This document shows positions 27,577 to 32,000 of a DNA stretch of 32,000 bases, one piece after another. The first letter of the stretch is position 1, and each line of letters begins with the position of its first letter. The stretch covers positions 2,580,001-2,612,000 of the forward strand of contig NZ_CP034549.1 of NCBI RefSeq assembly GCF_003966335.1. Direction: 5' to 3'. This stretch comes from Nonlabens ponticola (GTDB lineage: Bacteria; Bacteroidota; Bacteroidia; Flavobacteriales; Flavobacteriaceae). The notes beneath the pieces were generated by a model. The model had not been told where the DNA came from. It was given only the letters and a program-made list of their open reading frames with translations, and searched no databases. The position numbers were made by a program, and so were the translations under genes.

Positions 27577-28633
27577 TGCGTAAAAGGAATATAGCAACGA
27601 TGGCAAAAAATATGTTAGGCGTCCACACGGCAATGAGTGGTGAGAAAGTACTTTTCTCTGCAATGGTACCAAAAACCTTATCCATAAACATGTAGGTCAT
27701 GGCGATAACGATACCTATCGCTAGGTTCACGCCCATGCCACCACGCTTTTTAATGGAGGAAACCGCTACCGCAATGATGGTAAAAATGAACGCACTTATG
27801 GGTATGGTTATGCGCTTGTATTTTTCTACATAGTATATATTCATGTTGGCATTACCACGACGTTCTTCCTGCTCTATAAAATCGTTGAGTTCTGTAAATG
27901 ACTTGACTTCTGCAGCATAGGATACTGGCGTGAGTTCTCCTATCTCAAAATCAAATAATGTGTCAAATCTGGATTTTTTTGTAATGATCTCGCTGTTGTC
28001 AAGGATCACTCTTTTTTTATATTGGCTCAACGTATAGGTACTATCCTTGAAAGTGATGCGAGACGCATAGATCTTATGCTTAAGAACATTGTCTTCAAAA
28101 TGCTCTAGTGTAAAGTCATAACCTAGCTTACGTGATGGCTGGTAATTACTCACGTAGACGTACTCGTTGTCATTGATTTGCCTAAAAACATTAGTGGATT
28201 GAATCTCACTATTACGCTTAAAGTATTTGTATTGGAACTCATTAAAACCTTCTGCAGCTTTAGGGACAAACACAGCACTCAATAATAATGCAGTGACACA
28301 AACTAGCGTTGCTCCTATTATATAAGGTCTCAAAAATCGGTTGAATGATACTCCCGAACTTAAAAAGGCAATTACCTCGGTATTATTAGCCAGTTTTGAG
28401 GTAAAAAACATGGTCGATATAAACAGGAATATCGGGAATAGGAAATTGGTGAAGTACATGGTAAAATCACCCAAATAAATAAGTGTCTCGCCTAATGGCG
28501 CATCCTTAGCAATGATCTTACCTATCTTTTCGGCAATGTGTACTGTTACCATTATTGGTAAAAATAATAGCAACAACAGCGCAAAACTACCCAGGTATCT
28601 CTTTAATATGTAGCGATCAAGAATACTTAACAC
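27563..28633 (-). CDS. LptF/LptG-family LPS export permease (YjgP/YjgQ)
   Basis: The N-terminal ILDRYILKRYLGSF is the family hallmark, with 3 + 3 TM segments around a periplasmic beta-rich insert. The GTG start overlaps the tgt stop by 1 nt (TAGTG). Confidence 0.8.
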   Translation of the reverse strand: MLSILDRYILKRYLGSFALLLLLFLPIMVTVHIAEKIGKIIAKDAPLGETLIYLGDFTMYFTNFLFPIFLFISTMFFTSKLANNTEVIAFLSSGVSFNRFLRPYIIGATLVCVTALLLSAVFVPKAAEGFNEFQYKYFKRNSEIQSTNVFRQINDNEYVYVSNYQPSRKLGYDFTLEHFEDNVLKHKIYASRITFKDSTYTLSQYKKRVILDNSEIITKKSRFDTLFDFEIGELTPVSYAAEVKSFTELNDFIEQEERRGNANMNIYYVEKYKRITIPISAFIFTIIAVAVSSIKKRGGMGVNLAIGIVIAMTYMFMDKVFGTIAEKSTFSPLIAVWTPNIFFAIVAIFLLRNARR

Positions 28634-29763
28634 TATAATCTATTGTCCATTTGTTTGACCATTTTTTCTTTCCATGTAGCAAAATCTCCTGCGAGAATGT
28701 GTTTTCTTGCTTCACGCATCAACCATAAATAAAACGCCAGATTGTGTATCGTGCATATTTGACGACCCAACATTTCATTGACGGTAAATAAGTGACGCAC
28801 GTACGACTTTGAATACTCAGTATCTACCCAAGCATATCCTGCATCATCAAGCGGACTGAAATCTGCTTCCCACTTTTTATTTTTAATGTTAATACTACCG
28901 TTTGCTGTGAAAATCATCCCATTACGGCCATTTCTTGTAGGCATTACACAATCAAACATATCTACACCTAACGCAACATTCTCTAATAAATTGATTGGTG
29001 TGCCTACACCCATAAGATATCTAGGTTTCTCATTAGGTAAGACTGCGGTTACAACCTCAGTCATGGCATACATTTCTTCGGCTGGTTCACCAACTGATAA
29101 ACCACCGATTGCATTTGCAGGTAGATCGCAATTTGCAACAAACTCTGCACTTTGCACTCTCAGGTCTTTATAGGTGCTTCCCTGGATAATAGGAAATAAG
29201 GTTTGCTTGAAACCATATCGATCAGGAGTATTATTGAAATGCTCAATACACCTCTTTAACCATCGATGCGTCATGTGCATACTGCGTCTCGCATAATTAT
29301 ATTCACATGGATAAGGTGTACACTCATCAAAGGCCATAATGATATCTGCACCTATACTGCGCTGTATATCCATAGCACGCTCTGGCGTGAAAAAGTGATA
29401 ACTACCGTCGATGTGAGATTTAAACTTGACGCCTTCTTCCTTGATCTTTCTATTGGCACTCAAGGAATATACTTGGTAACCACCTGAGTCTGTTAAAATA
29501 GGTCGATCCCAATTCATAAATTGGTGCAATCCACCTGCTTTTTCAAGAATATCAGTGCCAGGTCGCAAATACAAATGATAGGTATTTGCGAGAATAATAT
29601 CAGGATTCACTTCTTCTTTCAACTCACGTTGATGCACGCCTTTTACAGTACCTAGCGTACCTACAGGCATAAATATAGGCGTCTCAATCGCACCGTGATC
29701 TGTATGAACCACGCCTGCACGAGCTTGAGTAGCAGCATCTGTTTTTAATAGGTCAAATTTCAT
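28633..29763 (-). CDS. tgt: tRNA-guanine transglycosylase (queuine tRNA-ribosyltransferase)
   Basis: ATG 29763 is preferred (MKFDLLKTD...ARAG...T.HG.IETPIFMPVGT). Also present are LTDSGGYQV, GGLSVGEP and DMFDCVMPTRNGRNG. Confidence 0.92.
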   Translation of the reverse strand: MKFDLLKTDAATQARAGVVHTDHGAIETPIFMPVGTLGTVKGVHQRELKEEVNPDIILANTYHLYLRPGTDILEKAGGLHQFMNWDRPILTDSGGYQVYSLSANRKIKEEGVKFKSHIDGSYHFFTPERAMDIQRSIGADIIMAFDECTPYPCEYNYARRSMHMTHRWLKRCIEHFNNTPDRYGFKQTLFPIIQGSTYKDLRVQSAEFVANCDLPANAIGGLSVGEPAEEMYAMTEVVTAVLPNEKPRYLMGVGTPINLLENVALGVDMFDCVMPTRNGRNGMIFTANGSINIKNKKWEADFSPLDDAGYAWVDTEYSKSYVRHLFTVNEMLGRQICTIHNLAFYLWLMREARKHILAGDFATWKEKMVKQMDNRL

Positions 29764-29814
29764 GTGCGGCAAAGATAAGGAGTTGGTTGAGGATAAGAAG
29801 TACAAAGTATTAAG

Positions 29815-29905
29815 CAGTATTTAGTGTTCAGTTTTCAGTTTCCCGTGTTTAGTGTTCAGTATTTTGTTTTCAGTATTCAGTATTCAGTATTCAGTATTCA
29901 GTATT
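29815..29905. repeat. Heptanucleotide tandem array of 13 in-phase units (consensus CAGTATT), the last 5 perfect
   Basis: Units are CAGTATT TAGTGTT CAGTTTT CAGTTTC CCGTGTT TAGTGTT CAGTATT TTGTTTT, then (CAGTATT)x5 at 29871-29905. The array lies in the 329-bp divergent region between tgt (ATG 29763, -) and tkt (ATG 30093, +). Confidence 0.95.
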
Positions 29906-30092
29906 TAGATGAATGATTGACTTTTGACTTGAGCTCAATAAATGTGTAAATCTTCCATTTCGATTTCAGTTTCAGTTTAGATTTTAAACGTTGTTTACAA
30001 ATGACACCAAATCGTTGATAACCCTTGCAGCTGTCCGTACCTTATCTTTAGGCAACTTTTTAACTTTACCCACACAACTTAAAAACTCAACA

Positions 30093-30938
30093 ATGGCTGA
30101 TATACAGCAATTAAAAGACCTTACCACGCAGGTGCGACGCGACATTGTGCGTCAAGTACATGCAGTAAACAGTGGTCATCCAGGTGGCTCACTAGGCTGT
30201 GCGGAATTTCTAGTGGTTCTCTATAACGAGATCATGCAACACGATCCTAGTTTTGACATGGACGGTAAAGGAGAAGATCTGTTCTTCCTTTCTAATGGCC
30301 ACATCTCACCAGTATTTTATAGCGTTTTAGCTCGTGCTGGATATTTTCCCGTTGAGGAATTGAACACCTTCCGTAAGCTGGATTCCAGACTACAAGGTCA
30401 CCCAACGACTCATGAAGGACTACCAGGCGTGCGTATTGCCAGTGGTTCACTAGGTCAAGGAATGAGTGTTGCCATAGGTGCTGCCGAGGCTAAAAAACTC
30501 AACAATGACAAGCGCACGATTTTTACATTGCACGGTGATGGAGAGTTGCAGGAAGGCCAGAATTGGGAAGCAATCATGTATGCCAGCGCTAACAAGGTTG
30601 ATAACCTTATCGCGACCATCGATGTTAACGGTCAACAAATTGACGGTAGTACAGAGAGCGTTCTGGCACTAGGAGATCTTGAAAATAAGTTTGTGGCCTT
30701 CGGCTGGGAAGTTGTTATAGTGGCAAACGGGAACGATATAGCCAGTGTGATTTCTGGTATTGAAGAGGCGATCTCGCTTTCGCGAAAGCAAAAACCTGTA
30801 TGCATCCTGCTTCATACAAGCATGGGCCATGGTGTGGACTTTATGATGGGTTCTCACAAATGGCATGGTGTAGCTCCTAATGATGAGCAACTTGCAGAAG
30901 CACTGAAACAGAATCCTGAAACGCTAGGCGACTACTAA
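30093..30938 (+). CDS. Transketolase, N-terminal (TPP-binding) subunit of the two-subunit form
   Basis: ATG 30093 is preferred (MADIQQLKDL...). Motifs are SGHPGGSLG, HGDGELQEGQNWEA and NLIATIDVNGQQIDG. Confidence 0.9.
   Translation: MADIQQLKDLTTQVRRDIVRQVHAVNSGHPGGSLGCAEFLVVLYNEIMQHDPSFDMDGKGEDLFFLSNGHISPVFYSVLARAGYFPVEELNTFRKLDSRLQGHPTTHEGLPGVRIASGSLGQGMSVAIGAAEAKKLNNDKRTIFTLHGDGELQEGQNWEAIMYASANKVDNLIATIDVNGQQIDGSTESVLALGDLENKFVAFGWEVVIVANGNDIASVISGIEEAISLSRKQKPVCILLHTSMGHGVDFMMGSHKWHGVAPNDEQLAEALKQNPETLGDY
30776..30789. repeat. Host palindrome copy g: GCTTTCGCGAAAGC inside the transketolase N-subunit gene
   Basis: Read directly. It is translated as IS-LSRK-Q, in the same frame as copy e. 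Confidence 0.95.
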
Positions 30939-30969
30939 TATTAAAACTACTGCCATCGCAGATAGACAT

Positions 30970-31923
30970 ATGAAAACATATACAAATACAGGAAATAAGG
31001 ACACGAGATCAGGTTTTGGCGCTGGGTTGACCCAACTGGGCGATACCAATAAAAATGTGGTTGCATTGTGTGCCGATCTTACGGGATCGCTCAAGATGAA
31101 TGAGTTTGCAGACCGCTACCCAGAACGTTTTTTTCAAGTAGGAATTGCTGAGGCTAACATGATGGGAATCGCAGCAGGACTTACTATCGGCGGTAAAATT
31201 CCATTTACGGGAACTTTTGCTAATTTCTCTACAGGTCGCGTTTATGACCAGATAAGACAAAGCATTGCTTACTCAGACAAGAATGTGAAAATTTGTGCTT
31301 CGCATTCTGGATTGACTCTAGGAGAAGATGGAGCAACACACCAGATTCTTGAGGACATTGGCCTTATGAAAATGCTGCCTGGTATGACCGTCATCAACAC
31401 ATGTGATTATAATCAAACCAAGGCCGCTACACTAGCCATTGCAGATCATCACGGACCAGTATATTTGAGATTTGGCCGTCCCAAGGTTGCTAACTTCACT
31501 CCTGAAGATGGTGAATTTCATATAGGCAAAGCCGTTCATTTACAAGAAGGTAGCGATGTAACTATTGTTGCGACAGGACATTTAGTTTGGGAAGCACTAG
31601 AAGCTGCTAAGGAATTGAACGAAAAAGGCATCAGTGCCGATGTGATCAACATTCACACCATCAAACCGCTCGATGAAGAAGCGATCATCAAGTCAGTCAA
31701 GAAAACAGGCTGCATCGTCACTGCTGAAGAACATAACTATTTAGGCGGATTAGGTGAAAGTGTTGCTCGTACACTTGCCCAGCATCATCCAGCACCACAG
31801 GAGTTTGTCGCTACTCAGGATACCTTTGGCGAGAGTGGAACGCCAGCGCAACTGCTAGAGAAATACGGGCTTAATGCAGCCAATATTGCTAAACAAGCAG
31901 AAAAAGTGATCGCTAGAAAATAA
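30970..31923 (+). CDS. Transketolase, C-terminal (pyrimidine-binding plus C-terminal domain) subunit
   Basis: FQVGIAEANMMGIAAG, GEDGATHQILEDI and PVYLRFGR. 317 aa. Confidence 0.9.
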   Translation: MKTYTNTGNKDTRSGFGAGLTQLGDTNKNVVALCADLTGSLKMNEFADRYPERFFQVGIAEANMMGIAAGLTIGGKIPFTGTFANFSTGRVYDQIRQSIAYSDKNVKICASHSGLTLGEDGATHQILEDIGLMKMLPGMTVINTCDYNQTKAATLAIADHHGPVYLRFGRPKVANFTPEDGEFHIGKAVHLQEGSDVTIVATGHLVWEALEAAKELNEKGISADVINIHTIKPLDEEAIIKSVKKTGCIVTAEEHNYLGGLGESVARTLAQHHPAPQEFVATQDTFGESGTPAQLLEKYGLNAANIAKQAEKVIARK

Positions 31924-31942
31924 GCTAGCAATTGACCTAAAT

Positions 31943-31978
31943 AAAAGACCCTTTGATTTATAAATCAAAGGGTCTTTT
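31943..31978 (+). terminator. Intrinsic terminator after the transketolase operon
   Basis: The 36-bp perfect palindrome is AAAAGACCCTTTGATTTA|TAAATCAAAGGGTCTTTT, followed by a T-run. Confidence 0.7.
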
Positions 31979-32000
31979 TATGCCTTAAATAATTTGGTTA

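Noticed and set aside
26650-27672. Long form of the EamA ORF (340 aa), overlapping the LptF/G gene by about 110 nt
   Set aside because: The extension (MVPLQRKVLSHHSLPCGRLTY...) is the reverse-frame shadow of the lptF/G 3' end. The internal ATG at 27576 gives a normal EamA N-terminus with only a 14-nt overlap.
29815-29905. Tandem repeat considered as a CRISPR array
   Set aside because: The units are 7 bp and contiguous, with no spacers, and no cas genes are nearby. It is a simple-sequence repeat.
29991-31923. Two adjacent transketolase ORFs, considered as a possible frameshifted or split pseudogene
   Set aside because: The two-subunit (N-terminal/C-terminal) transketolase is a normal arrangement in many bacteria. 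Each ORF has its own ATG and intact motifs, and a 31-nt spacer separates them. The 34-codon N-terminal extension in the track (TTG at 29991) is probably not translated.

Overview
The window looks like a chromosomal segment from a Bacteroidota bacterium, probably Flavobacteriaceae. The clues are AT-rich leaders without clear Shine-Dalgarno sites, a split transketolase, a LytTR two-component pair and a 'VGINTTNP' tail-fibre-like surface protein. It has two parts.

(1) Positions 1 to about 7.7 kb form an AT-rich accessory or defence island. It contains the 3' ~97% of a Type III restriction Res helicase-nuclease, whose 5' end is off-window. Three tightly coupled genes follow directly: a 192-aa unknown, a 275-aa unknown, and a 580-aa ABC/SMC-fold ATPase with an uncharacterised C-terminal domain. 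Next come a small ORF translationally coupled to a small serine recombinase, and then about 1 kb of hairpin-rich DNA with little or no coding sequence.

(2) Positions 8.2-32 kb are ordinary core genome of higher GC. They encode an MFS sugar porter, a YadA-head-like repeat surface protein, pta-ackA, a DsbA-like thioredoxin-fold protein, a LytTR response regulator with a HisKA_2 kinase, a DUF2383-like four-helix-bundle protein, a DnaQ-GIY-YIG exonuclease, dnaB, accA, an EamA transporter, an LptF/G permease, tgt and a two-subunit transketolase.

The best candidate for an undescribed system is the three-gene cassette at 2972-6118, fused to the res operon. It may be a PrrC/RloC-style R-M-linked guard, but its partner genes match no known system that I recognise.

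Two DNA-level oddities sit in the core part. A 14-bp perfect palindrome, GCTTTCGCGAAAGC, occurs at least 7 times both between and inside genes, and never in the island. A 13-unit heptanucleotide tandem array lies in the tgt/tkt divergent promoter region.

All calls come from reading the sequence and from remembered family motifs. No searches were run.
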